Positions 1-8,165 of a stretch of 38,016 nucleotides of DNA are shown here, piece after piece (position 1 is the first letter of the stretch; each line of letters opens with the position of its first letter). The notes beneath the pieces were generated by a model, which made no database searches, was not told the DNA's origin, and saw only the letters and a program-made list of their open reading frames with translations. Made by a program: the position numbers and the translations under genes. Where the stretch lies: the NCBI GenBank assembly GCA_039187915.1, contig JBCCZJ010000002.1, positions 1-38,016 on the forward strand. The letters run 5' to 3'. Source of the stretch: Myxococcota bacterium. GTDB taxonomy: Bacteria; Myxococcota_A; UBA9160; UBA4427.

Positions 1-900
1 CGAAGCGGGGGGCCTGGGCGCCGCAGGAGGCCGGGGCGCCTCCGGTCCCGGCGGCGCTGGGTTGGCCGTTCCCGGGTTGGCCGTTCCCGCTCCGGCCACG
101 TATCCGAAGCGGCAGCCATCGACGAGCTCGGCCGCGCGGGCCTGCGCAGCGGTCGACAGCGGTGCGCGTCGTCGATTCGTCGGCTGCCGTCGCTGCATCA
201 CGTAGCCCTCGACGCGCCACACGGACGCGTCCCGCGCGTCGCAGATCCAGCTGACCGCTGCGTCGACGAAATAGAAGCGGCCGTTGGGCGAGGCCGCCGA
301 GAAGGTGTGACCGTCCGAAAGCTGGACCTGGTCCTCGTCTCCGTCGTCGACGAGCGACAGGTCGGTCGACGCCGGCGTGATCGAACCCGGGTCGCGGCTC
401 CGTGCGGCGTCCCGCCAGAGCGTGTTCGCGCTCGTCGCGCCGATCGCGATCCGCGTGCCGCTCGCGAAGCTCGCGCCGTAGGCCACGGGCTGGGGCGTGA
501 TCCGACCCAGGACGTTGAAGCTGGTGTCGTCGGCGAAGGTCAACCAATCGGTGACGTCCGAGTGATCCTGCTCGGCGGGGCCGCCTGCATCGTTCACGCC
601 CTCGTCCGCGCGGTAGCGGCCCACCGCCCGGGTCCGCATCATCTCGAGCGCCGCACCCCCGGCGCCGATGCGGATGCTGCGGGGGACGGCCAACTCGATG
701 TCCGCGACGAGGCGGTCGAGCGCGACGTCTCCGAGCGCCACGAGCTCCGCGCGCCGGGTGACCGCAGCTCGCCCCTCCATCGGATGACGCAGCAGGTGCG
801 CCAGGCCGACGGCGAGGATGCCGGTCACGGCGATCGTCACCGTGAGCTCGACCAACGAGAACCCGGCGCGGCGACGTTGCTGGCGTACCCGTCGGCTCAC
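1..900 (-). CDS. Minor pilin / pseudopilin, MshO-like by position; 3' end runs off the window
   Basis: Absent from the track because no stop lies inside the window. The minus-strand frame is open from GTG at 900 to base 1 (no TTA/CTA/TCA in plus frame 1). N-terminus VSRRVRQQRRRAG|FSLVELTVTIAVTGILAV carries the prepilin cleavage/methylation motif (G-1, F+1, E+5) followed by a hydrophobic helix. GTGA start/stop overlap with the upstream gene at 897-900. Confidence 0.6.
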   Translation of the reverse strand, partial: MSRRVRQQRRRAGFSLVELTVTIAVTGILAVGLAHLLRHPMEGRAAVTRRAELVALGDVALDRLVADIELAVPRSIRIGAGGAALEMMRTRAVGRYRADEGVNDAGGPAEQDHSDVTDWLTFADDTSFNVLGRITPQPVAYGASFASGTRIAIGATSANTLWRDAARSRDPGSITPASTDLSLVDDGDEDQVQLSDGHTFSAASPNGRFYFVDAAVSWICDARDASVWRVEGYVMQRRQPTNRRRAPLSTAAQARAAELVDGCRFGYVAGAGTANPGTANPAPPGPEAPRPPAAPRPPAS

Positions 901-1460
901 GGATTCGTCCTGTATCCGGAGAGGCGCACGGGGCGCCCGAGCCCGTCCGTGACGGTCACGTCCACGCGCAGGACCTCGCTGGATCCCGAGAGTCCGCCGA
1001 GCTGCGCTGCGCGATCGACGGCGAGCTGGATCCGATAGCCCTCGAGGCCGGCGATCGCGTTCCCGTTCGGATCCCGGGCGCCGCGCTCGTCGAGCCCGTC
1101 GAAGTCGCAGACGTTGTCGAGGAGGTCGCGGCGCGTTTCCGGTGCGGGGCAGACCGAGCCGCTCTGCGGGTCGAGGTAGGCCTTCGACAGGGCCTCGTCC
1201 AGATAGGCCGCCGCGAGCGAGATCGCCTGTCGCTCGAGCATCGGTTCGGCGCTGCGCCGTGTGGTGGTGTCGACGACGAGCAGCGTGCCCGTGAGTGAGA
1301 TCGCGACGACGACGATCGCGATGACGAGCTCGATCAGGCTCGTCCCCGACTGGCGTCGTCGGCGCGCCGCCGAGGGGTCACAGACGATCGCATCGGCCCG
1401 ACCTGCCGCGGGGTCACCGACGATCGCATAGGCCCGCTCCGCCGCGGGGTCACGGAACAC
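897..1460 (-). CDS. Minor pilin with prepilin-type N-terminal motif (MshD-like by position)
   Basis: ...RRRRQSG|TSLIELVIAIVVVAISL has G-1 and E+5 plus a hydrophobic helix. GTG at 1460 is the only in-frame start upstream of the motif, which gives an unusually long leader of about 37 aa built from a 36-bp tandem repeat. Confidence 0.6.
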   Translation of the reverse strand: MFRDPAAERAYAIVGDPAAGRADAIVCDPSAARRRRQSGTSLIELVIAIVVVAISLTGTLLVVDTTTRRSAEPMLERQAISLAAAYLDEALSKAYLDPQSGSVCPAPETRRDLLDNVCDFDGLDERGARDPNGNAIAGLEGYRIQLAVDRAAQLGGLSGSSEVLRVDVTVTDGLGRPVRLSGYRTNP

Positions 1461-1971
1461 GGACGAGCCCCGTTTCGCCGACGGCTTCGAGCGCGAGACC
1501 GCCGACGCGGATCTCTGCGTCGGTCGTGATGCCGACGGCGTTGGTCGCGCGCCCCTGCGCGTCGAAGACGAGAGGATCGACGGTGCTCGTGAGCGCGATG
1601 CCCGCCGGCAGGGCGACGGCGAAGGGCGCCGCGTTCGTCGCCGGATCGACGACCGCGCGGGTGAACGCGCCGGTCCGACACGCGGTGCGCTGGGCGATCA
1701 CGTAGCCGCCGTCACTGAAGTCGACCTGGATCGGGCAGCCCGATCCGGAGGCGAGCTGGCGCGCGTAGCGGAGATCGTCCCGCGCCTGCTGGTGCGCGCG
1801 CTGGGCGTCGAGGTCCGAGAGCGACAGGAAGCGGGGCGCCGCGCTGACGGCGACGATGCCCAGGATCACGATCACGACGATCGTCTCGACCAGGGTGAAA
1901 CCCGCGCTTCGAGACCGTCGCTCGATTCGTCCGGTCGCTGCGGCTCGCGGAGCCACGTTCGCGCCGCTCAC
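1450..1971 (-). CDS. Minor pilin, GspH/FimT-like (MshC-like by position)
   Basis: RSRSAG|FTLVETIVVIVILGIVAV prepilin motif. GTG start at 1971 follows a GGGGGA Shine-Dalgarno-like run. Lies directly downstream of the major pilin gene. Confidence 0.65.
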   Translation of the reverse strand: MSGANVAPRAAATGRIERRSRSAGFTLVETIVVIVILGIVAVSAAPRFLSLSDLDAQRAHQQARDDLRYARQLASGSGCPIQVDFSDGGYVIAQRTACRTGAFTRAVVDPATNAAPFAVALPAGIALTSTVDPLVFDAQGRATNAVGITTDAEIRVGGLALEAVGETGLVRVP

Positions 1972-2007
1972 CGCGCTTTCCCCCGCGTCTCCCGCGGCGC
2001 TCTCGCG

Positions 2008-2511
2008 CTACGGGACGATCGTGACGACCTGCCCGTTCGTGACGTCGTAGGTGATGCTGCGGCCCTCGGCCGTGTTGTACGTGAAGGTGCAGACCGCGTC
2101 GCTCGCCTGTGCGCGCCACTCCTCGCGGGTGTTGCGGGCGATGGTCGGCGGTTGGGTCAGGATCGCGTTCCAGAGCTGGATGCACTCGTTCGCGTTCGCT
2201 CGGCCATTGCCGCCGTTGACGTTCGTGTTCTCCGGCCATCCCTCGTCGGAGAGGCCGACCACGATCCCGCCTTCGAGGGGGGCCGTGTTGATCGCGGAGG
2301 TCGCGCCCTGCGCGATCCAGGAGGCGTGGGCGAGGTTCACGCCGCTCGCGAACGCGCCGCCAATGGCCTGGACCTGCGCGCTCTGCGCCTCTCCCGTCAT
2401 GTCGACGAAGCGCGGCAGCGCCGTCGCGGCGAGGATGCCGATGATGACGATCACGACGACGAGCTCGATGATCGTGAAGCCGCTCCGACGATGCGTTCTG
2501 TTCTCTCTCAT
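2008..2511 (-). CDS. Type IVa-like major pilin (MshA-like)
   Basis: MRENRTHRRSG|FTIIELVVVIVIIGILAATALPRF has a short leader with G-1, F+1 and E+5. Two C-terminal Cys (NECIQ...AVCTF) are consistent with a D-region disulfide. First gene after the AT-richer gap following mshG. Confidence 0.75.
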   Translation of the reverse strand: MRENRTHRRSGFTIIELVVVIVIIGILAATALPRFVDMTGEAQSAQVQAIGGAFASGVNLAHASWIAQGATSAINTAPLEGGIVVGLSDEGWPENTNVNGGNGRANANECIQLWNAILTQPPTIARNTREEWRAQASDAVCTFTYNTAEGRSITYDVTNGQVVTIVP

Positions 2512-2567
2512 CCCGGTTCTCCCCCCACGCGGGTCGGCGCCGTGCGCCGCGCGTAGGGCTTTCGTGC

Positions 2568-2694
2568 GCGCGTCCCGCCGCGCGTTCTTCGGATTTTTCG
2601 GTCGAGCATTTCCGAATCTTTATGGTCGGATTGCACGAGATCGGCAGGAAGCGTGCAGCCCGCCGGCAACGCCCGGAAGCGCGTCCCGCCGCGC
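2568..2694. repeat. Exact 16-nt direct repeat GCGCGTCCCGCCGCGC (2568-2583 and 2679-2694) flanking the AT-richer pilin-upstream segment
   Basis: Read directly from the sequence. Each copy is self-complementary (GCGCG-N6-CGCGC). Confidence 0.8.
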
Positions 2695-2697
2695 CGG

Positions 2698-3924
2698 TCA
2701 GCGCGTCGAGGCGGACGACATCTCCCACATCGGGAGGTAGACCCCGAGCGCCAGGACGAGCACCAGCGCGCCGACGAAGACCATCATGATCGGCTCGATC
2801 GCGTCGCCGATCGTCTTGAGGTCGTAGTCGACCTCGCGCTCGTAGTAGCCTGCGACCTCGGCCAGGGTGTCCTCGACGGCCCCGGTCTCCTCGCCGACCG
2901 ACAGCATCTGCATGACGAGCGGCGTGAAGAGGCCGCTCGCATGGGCGGCGGCGGTCAGCGTATCGCCGCTCTCGATGTCTTCCCGGATCTCGAGGACCTG
3001 CCGGCCCACGAACTCGTTGTCGACGGCTCGGGAAGCGATCGAGAGACACTGGGTAACCGGAAGCCCGGCGCCGAGGGTGATCGAGAGGGTGCGGCAGAAG
3101 CGGGCGAGCAGGGCGCGCTGCAGGATTCCGCCGATCTTCGGAAGACGCAGCTGCGCGCGGTGCCAGGCGAAGCGGCCGTTCTTCGTCGCGATCCATTTCC
3201 GGAAGAGCCAGGCGGCGAAGATCAGGAGGAAGATCCCGACGTGCCAGAACCGGGTCATGATGTCGGACGTCGAGATCAGCAGCTGGGTCGCCCAGGGCAG
3301 GTCCGAACCGAAGCCCGCGAAGAGCTTCGCGAAGGGCGGTACCACGAAGACGTTGATCACCGCGATCGAGATCACCATGGAGACGAGGACCATGGTCGGA
3401 TATCGCAGGGCGCTCTTGATCCGCTTGCGCGTCTCGTCCTCGAGCGTGAGGTAGGAGTACAGCTGCTCGAAGGACTCTTCGAGGTGGCCCGAGCTCTCGC
3501 CGATGTGGACCACGGCGACGAAGAGGTTCGAGAACACGTCGGGATAGCGCTGGAGGACGCCGGCCAGCTCGTGCCCCTTCTCGAGCTGATCCGCGACCTC
3601 GGCCAGGATGCGCCCGAACTCGGGGTTGCGCATCGTGTCCGACAGGCCGCGGAGTCCGCGGGTGATCGGGACGCCCGCGCGGGCGAGGGTCGTCATCTGA
3701 CGGCAGAACATGATCACGTCGACGAGGGTGATCCGACGGCGATGCCACCAACGCTCGAGACTCGCGGTGATCGCGGTCTGGGCGGAGTCGGCGGGGGTGA
3801 TCCGGACGGGCACGATGCCCTTCGACGTCAGGTCGGCGGCGACGCTGCTCATGGAGATCGACTCGACCTTGCCTCGGATCGTCTCTCCCGAAGCGCTTCG
3901 GCCGGTGTACTCGAAGACCGCCAT
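2698..3924 (-). CDS. mshG: Pilus inner-membrane platform protein, GspF/PilC family (MshG)
   Basis: 408 aa. MAVFEYTGRSASGETIRGKVES... is a typical GspF-family N-terminus. Two repeated GspF-type domains with TM segments. Lies directly after mshE. Confidence 0.9.
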   Translation of the reverse strand: MAVFEYTGRSASGETIRGKVESISMSSVAADLTSKGIVPVRITPADSAQTAITASLERWWHRRRITLVDVIMFCRQMTTLARAGVPITRGLRGLSDTMRNPEFGRILAEVADQLEKGHELAGVLQRYPDVFSNLFVAVVHIGESSGHLEESFEQLYSYLTLEDETRKRIKSALRYPTMVLVSMVISIAVINVFVVPPFAKLFAGFGSDLPWATQLLISTSDIMTRFWHVGIFLLIFAAWLFRKWIATKNGRFAWHRAQLRLPKIGGILQRALLARFCRTLSITLGAGLPVTQCLSIASRAVDNEFVGRQVLEIREDIESGDTLTAAAHASGLFTPLVMQMLSVGEETGAVEDTLAEVAGYYEREVDYDLKTIGDAIEPIMMVFVGALVLVLALGVYLPMWEMSSASTR

Positions 3925-3949
3925 CAGCGTCGCGCCTGCGTCGCGGTCT

Positions 3950-5695
3950 TCACGCCGTCACCTTCTCGGCTCGGGCGCCGAGGCCCGAACCCGTGTCTTC
4001 CTGCTCGCCGGCGATCCGAAGCACCTCTTCGAGGGTCGTCACGCCCTTCGAGGCGTATTCGAGCGCGCAGATCGAGAGCGGGCGGAAGCCCTTGGTCGCA
4101 CGGGCCGCGGCGATGTAGGCCTGGGTGTCGTTCTGGCGCAGGGCGTCCGCCATGGCTTCGTCGAGCTCGAGCAGCTCGTAGACGCCGGTGCGGCCCTTGT
4201 AGCCGGTGCCGTTGCAGGCGGGACAACCGTGGCCACGCAGGAAGTCCAGGAACTCGGCGCTCTCGCCCGCGTTCGCGCGCAGCCACATCTTCTCGTTGCT
4301 GGTCAGCTTGTAGGGCTCGGCGCAGCGCTCGCAGACCTTCCGGATCAGGCGCTGGGCGAGCACCGCCGAGAGTGCCGTGGCGACGAGGAAGCCCTCGGCG
4401 CCCATGTCGAGGAGCCGCGCGGCACTGCCCGCGGCGCTGTTGGTGTGGAGCGTCGAGAAGACGAGATGGCCCGTCATGGCCGAGCGCAGGGCGATCTCGG
4501 CCGTCTCCTGGTCACGCATCTCGCCGATCATCACGACGTCCGGGTCCTGGCGGAGCGCGGTCCGAAGGACCGTCGCGAAGGTCAGGCCGATCTTCTGGTT
4601 CACCTGGCACTGCTGGATGCGGGGCAGGCGGTACTCCACCGGATCCTCGGCGGAAATGATCTTCTTCGTCGACTCGTTCAGCTCCGCCAGCGCCCCATAG
4701 AGCGTCGTGGTCTTGCCGCTGCCGGTCGGGCCGGTCACGAGCAGGAGTCCGTGGGGCTGGTGGATGAAGTGGCGGAAGCGACGCAGGATCCGCTCGGGCA
4801 TGCCGATGCCGTCCAGCCCGAGGGACTGGTCGCTCTGGTCGAGCAGACGCATCACGACGGATTCACCCCACTGGACGGGCATGGTGGAGAGGCGGACGTC
4901 GATGCTCCGGTTCTTCACGCGGATGTTGAAGCGCCCGTCCTGGGGCAGGCGGCGCTCCGAGATGTTCAACCCCGACATCAGCTTCAGCCGCAGCACGAGG
5001 GCCGAGGAGATGCGCGCCTCTTTCATGACCTGCTCGTGGAGGACGCCGTCGATCCGCTGTCGGATCCGGAGGCAGGACTCGTCCGGCTCGATGTGGATGT
5101 CCGAGGTCCCGACCTGGACGGCGTCCTAGAAGATCGACTTGAGCAGCCGCGCGACGGCCGCGTCGTTCTCCTCGCCGCCTCCCTCGAGCTGGGAGAGATC
5201 GAAATCCGAACCCGAGTCGAGCTCTTCGTGCAGCTCCTCCGCGAGCGAGTGGATGTCGCTGGTCTTGCGATAGTTGCGGTCGATCGCGGCGAGCAGCGCG
5301 GATTCCCGGACGACGGCGCAGTCGACCGTCATCTTCAGGATCCGCTCGATCTCGTCCATCGCGAAGATGTTCGTCGGATCGGCCATCCCGATCAGCGCGG
5401 TTCCATCCTTCACGTCGAGGACGATCGCTCGGAACCTGCGTGCGTAGGTCTCCGGAAGGAGCTCGACGAAGTTGGCGCGGACCTCGTAGCGACCGAGATC
5501 GACGTTCGGGATGTCGAGCTGCTGGGAGAGGAAGGCGAGGAACTTGTCCTCGTCGATGTAACCGGCCTCGATCAGCTGGCGGCCGAGCTTCAGTCCCGTC
5601 TGCTTCTGCTCGGCGAGCGCCGCCTGGAGCTGCGCCTCCGAGATCACGTGATTCGCGACGAGCAGCTCGCCGATCCGGACCTTCTTGCGGATCAT
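3950..5695 (-). pseudogene. mshE: MSHA pilus assembly ATPase MshE (GspE/PilB family) interrupted by one in-frame TAG at 5126-5128
   Basis: N-terminal part (5695..5129) has tandem MshEN-type motifs RIGELLVANHVISEAQLQAALAEQ and KLGRQLIEAGYIDEDKFLAFLSQQ. After the TAG the same frame continues DAVQVGTSDIHIEP.... It also has Walker A GPTGSGKTTT, Asp box/Walker B VVMIGEMRD, His box STLHTNSA and a tetra-Cys CERC...CPAC. Confidence 0.85.
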
Positions 5696-5697
5696 GC

Positions 5698-7206
5698 CTA
5701 GCGCTCCTCGTCCTTCTCGAGCGCCTCGATCCGGGCGCTGACCCAGCGCCGCGACGGATGGGCCAGCGTGCCGATCTGCATGGCGATCCGGTAGACGTCG
5801 AGGGCCTCTGCGCCCCGACTCGTCGCCTCGAGCGAGATCGCGAGGCCGAGCCAGCTCCGCGCGTCCCCGGGATGGCGGCGTACGATCGCGTCGTAGCGTT
5901 CGACCGCCTCGGTATGGCGCCCGTCTCGCTGGAGCAGGGCCGCCGCCAGCGCGTGGATCTCCGGGGCCTGGGTCAGCGTCGCGTCCGATCGATCGAGGAG
6001 CGCGATCGCCTCCTCGGTCCTTCCGGTCCCGGCCACGAGGCGCGCGTGGAGCATCGCCAGGCGAACGTCCTCGGGCGCGCCGCGTCGAGCCGCGCGCACG
6101 CGCTCGATCGCCGTCTCTGCCTGGTCGCTCCTCGCCAGGAGCGTGGCCCATTCGATCAGCGCATCGTGATCCGTAGGCGTCCGCGCGAGCGCCTCCGCGT
6201 AGGACGCGCTCGCCGTGGCGACGTCCCCGTTCCGCGCCGCCGCGCGCGCCTCGGCGAGGGCGACCCGCGCAGCATCCTTCTCCGCGCGTCGGGCTCGGCG
6301 CGCGCGGTCTTCGTCGGAGGGCGCGATCGCGAGGCTCGTCCCCGCATCGCGGGCGTCGCGTGAGTCCGAGGTGATCCAGCGGTCCTCGGTCGGCGCCGTT
6401 GGCGGTCCGGAGGCCGCGCGCGTCGGGGCGGCGGACGTTCCGGCGGGAAAGAGGTCGAGGAAGAGCCGCGTGCCTTCCGGGGCCGCGAGGGACTGGCTCT
6501 GGACGCGGGTGCCGGCGTCGAGGTCGAGTCGGAGACGGAGACCACCGTCCTCCTGCTCGACGTCGAAGGCCCGGATCGGCGTATCGACCAGCTCGAGGGC
6601 ACCGAGCTCGTGCCTCAGGGTCGCGTCATCGAAGACGAGCTCGACGCGACCTTCGGCGTCCGCCCGCTCGATCCGGTGGAGGAGTCCGGGCTCGCCCTCG
6701 ATCCGGACGCGCGTGCCGGCCCCGCGGCGTTCGATCTCGATGGCGCGGAGGGTTCCCGGGCGCTCGACGTGCCGCGCGACGGAGGCCTCGGTCGGAATCG
6801 ACGGGGAGACGGCCGTGGCGCGCGGGATCGGCGGCGTCGCCGCGATCGCCGGGCGCGCGGACCCGGTCGCCGGGCGCGCGGACGCGATCGCGGGGAGCAT
6901 GGTCCCGGCCCCCGGGAGCGCGTTCTCGGCGTCTGCAAGCGACGGCCCGGCGGTCGCGGCGGGTCGCGCGGCGACGGGAGCGAGCGCGGTCGGTGCCGAG
7001 TCCGAGCGACGCTCGAGGACCCGCGAGAGGCCGAGCCCGACGAAGAGCAGGCAAGCCGTGAGGGCGAGCCCGTGCAGGCCGCGCCGCAGCGGCGCGCGCC
7101 GTGTGCGACGCCGCGGCTCGAGATCCCGCAGGAAGGCAGACGAGCCGTGGCTCTCCGCTTCGTTCTGTCGGTCGAGTTCGATCAGGAGGTCGTTGACGAG
7201 GCTCAT
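5698..7206 (-). CDS. mshN: MshN-like TPR protein
   Basis: MSLVNDLLIELDRQ N-terminus, one TM segment (LALTACLLFVGLGL), an Ala/Pro-rich linker and C-terminal TPR-like helices. Sits between mshM and mshE as in MSHA loci. Confidence 0.7.
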   Translation of the reverse strand: MSLVNDLLIELDRQNEAESHGSSAFLRDLEPRRRTRRAPLRRGLHGLALTACLLFVGLGLSRVLERRSDSAPTALAPVAARPAATAGPSLADAENALPGAGTMLPAIASARPATGSARPAIAATPPIPRATAVSPSIPTEASVARHVERPGTLRAIEIERRGAGTRVRIEGEPGLLHRIERADAEGRVELVFDDATLRHELGALELVDTPIRAFDVEQEDGGLRLRLDLDAGTRVQSQSLAAPEGTRLFLDLFPAGTSAAPTRAASGPPTAPTEDRWITSDSRDARDAGTSLAIAPSDEDRARRARRAEKDAARVALAEARAAARNGDVATASASYAEALARTPTDHDALIEWATLLARSDQAETAIERVRAARRGAPEDVRLAMLHARLVAGTGRTEEAIALLDRSDATLTQAPEIHALAAALLQRDGRHTEAVERYDAIVRRHPGDARSWLGLAISLEATSRGAEALDVYRIAMQIGTLAHPSRRWVSARIEALEKDEER

Positions 7207-7224
7207 GGCGGATTCTCCCGTCGG

Positions 7225-8118
7225 CTAGCGGCCGAGACTCGACCAGACGCTCGACGCGGGCCGCCGCGTCGCACGACTGCGGAAGAGCGGGCGCGTTCGC
7301 CAACGCTGGATGCCCTCGGTGTCCGCGAGCGCACGCCCGACGTGCCGGCGTCCGACCTGACAGTCGCCGCCGCTGACGGCGGCGAGCAGGCTCTTGTGGC
7401 AGAGGGTGTTGATCAGGCGCGGGATGCCGCTGCTGGCGCGATGGATGCGGTCGATCGCGGCGGGGGTGAAGATCGTGTCGGGGCGGGGCGCGCCCGCGGC
7501 GGCGAGGCGACTACGGATGTAGGCGCGGCAGGTCGGGCGATCGAGGGGCGTGAGCCGTGCGCTCCAGGCGATGCGCTGCTGGAGCTGCCGGAGCGAATAT
7601 GAAGAGAGGCGGACGTCGAGCTCGGGTTGGCCGAAGAGGACCACCTGCGCGAGCTTGCCGCGATTGCTCTCGAGGTTGGACAGGAGTCGCAGCTCTTCGA
7701 GACTCTCCTCCGGCATCGCCTGCGCCTCGTCTGCGAAGATCACGACGCGTCGTCCCTGTCTCGCCACGTCGAGCAGGATCTCGCGGAGCAATTTGTGCAA
7801 TCGGTGGACGCCGTCTTCCGGCAGGACCGGAACGCCGAGCTCGTCGGCGATCGCCAACAGCAGGTCGAAGCGCGAGAGCGCCGGATTCGGCAGGTAGACC
7901 GAGACGAACTCGTTGCCCACCACTGCCAGCAGGTTGCGACAGAGCGCGGTCTTTCCGGTGCCGACCTCGCCGACGACCTTCACGAAGCCCTCGCCCGATC
8001 GCAGGCCGAAGAGGATCGTGTTGAACGCCTCGCGGTGTTCCGGCAGGTCGACGTAGACGGTCGCGTTCGAGACCGTCTCGAAGGGCAGGTTCCGGAGTCC
8101 GAAGGTTCGCAGGTACAT
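7225..8118 (-). CDS. mshM: ExeA/MshM-type AAA+ ATPase
   Basis: MYLRTFGLRNLPFE... with Walker A GEVGTGKT and Walker B VVIFADEAQ. Lies directly downstream of the secretin gene. Confidence 0.85.
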   Translation of the reverse strand: MYLRTFGLRNLPFETVSNATVYVDLPEHREAFNTILFGLRSGEGFVKVVGEVGTGKTALCRNLLAVVGNEFVSVYLPNPALSRFDLLLAIADELGVPVLPEDGVHRLHKLLREILLDVARQGRRVVIFADEAQAMPEESLEELRLLSNLESNRGKLAQVVLFGQPELDVRLSSYSLRQLQQRIAWSARLTPLDRPTCRAYIRSRLAAAGAPRPDTIFTPAAIDRIHRASSGIPRLINTLCHKSLLAAVSGGDCQVGRRHVGRALADTEGIQRWRTRPLFRSRATRRPASSVWSSLGR

Positions 8119-8165
8119 CGCGTCTCTCTCGTGGCAGGAGGCCTCGTGGCGCTCCCGAATCTCGC

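Noticed and set aside
2643-2658. Sigma-54-like -24/-12 element on the minus strand upstream of the pilin gene (CTGCAC-N5-CTGCC)
   Set aside because: The invariant GG of the -24 box is TG here, and the -12 box is only GC-matched. That is too weak to call without a whole-genome model.
5126-5128. TAG in mshE as a reassigned or recoded sense codon (for example pyrrolysine, or a genome-wide amber reassignment)
   Set aside because: TAG terminates at least six well-supported genes in this same window (mshN, apbE, nqrF, nqrC, nqrA, ACAD 29405..30580). I saw no pyl genes or a PYLIS-like context. A nonsense mutation or a sequencing error is the simpler explanation.
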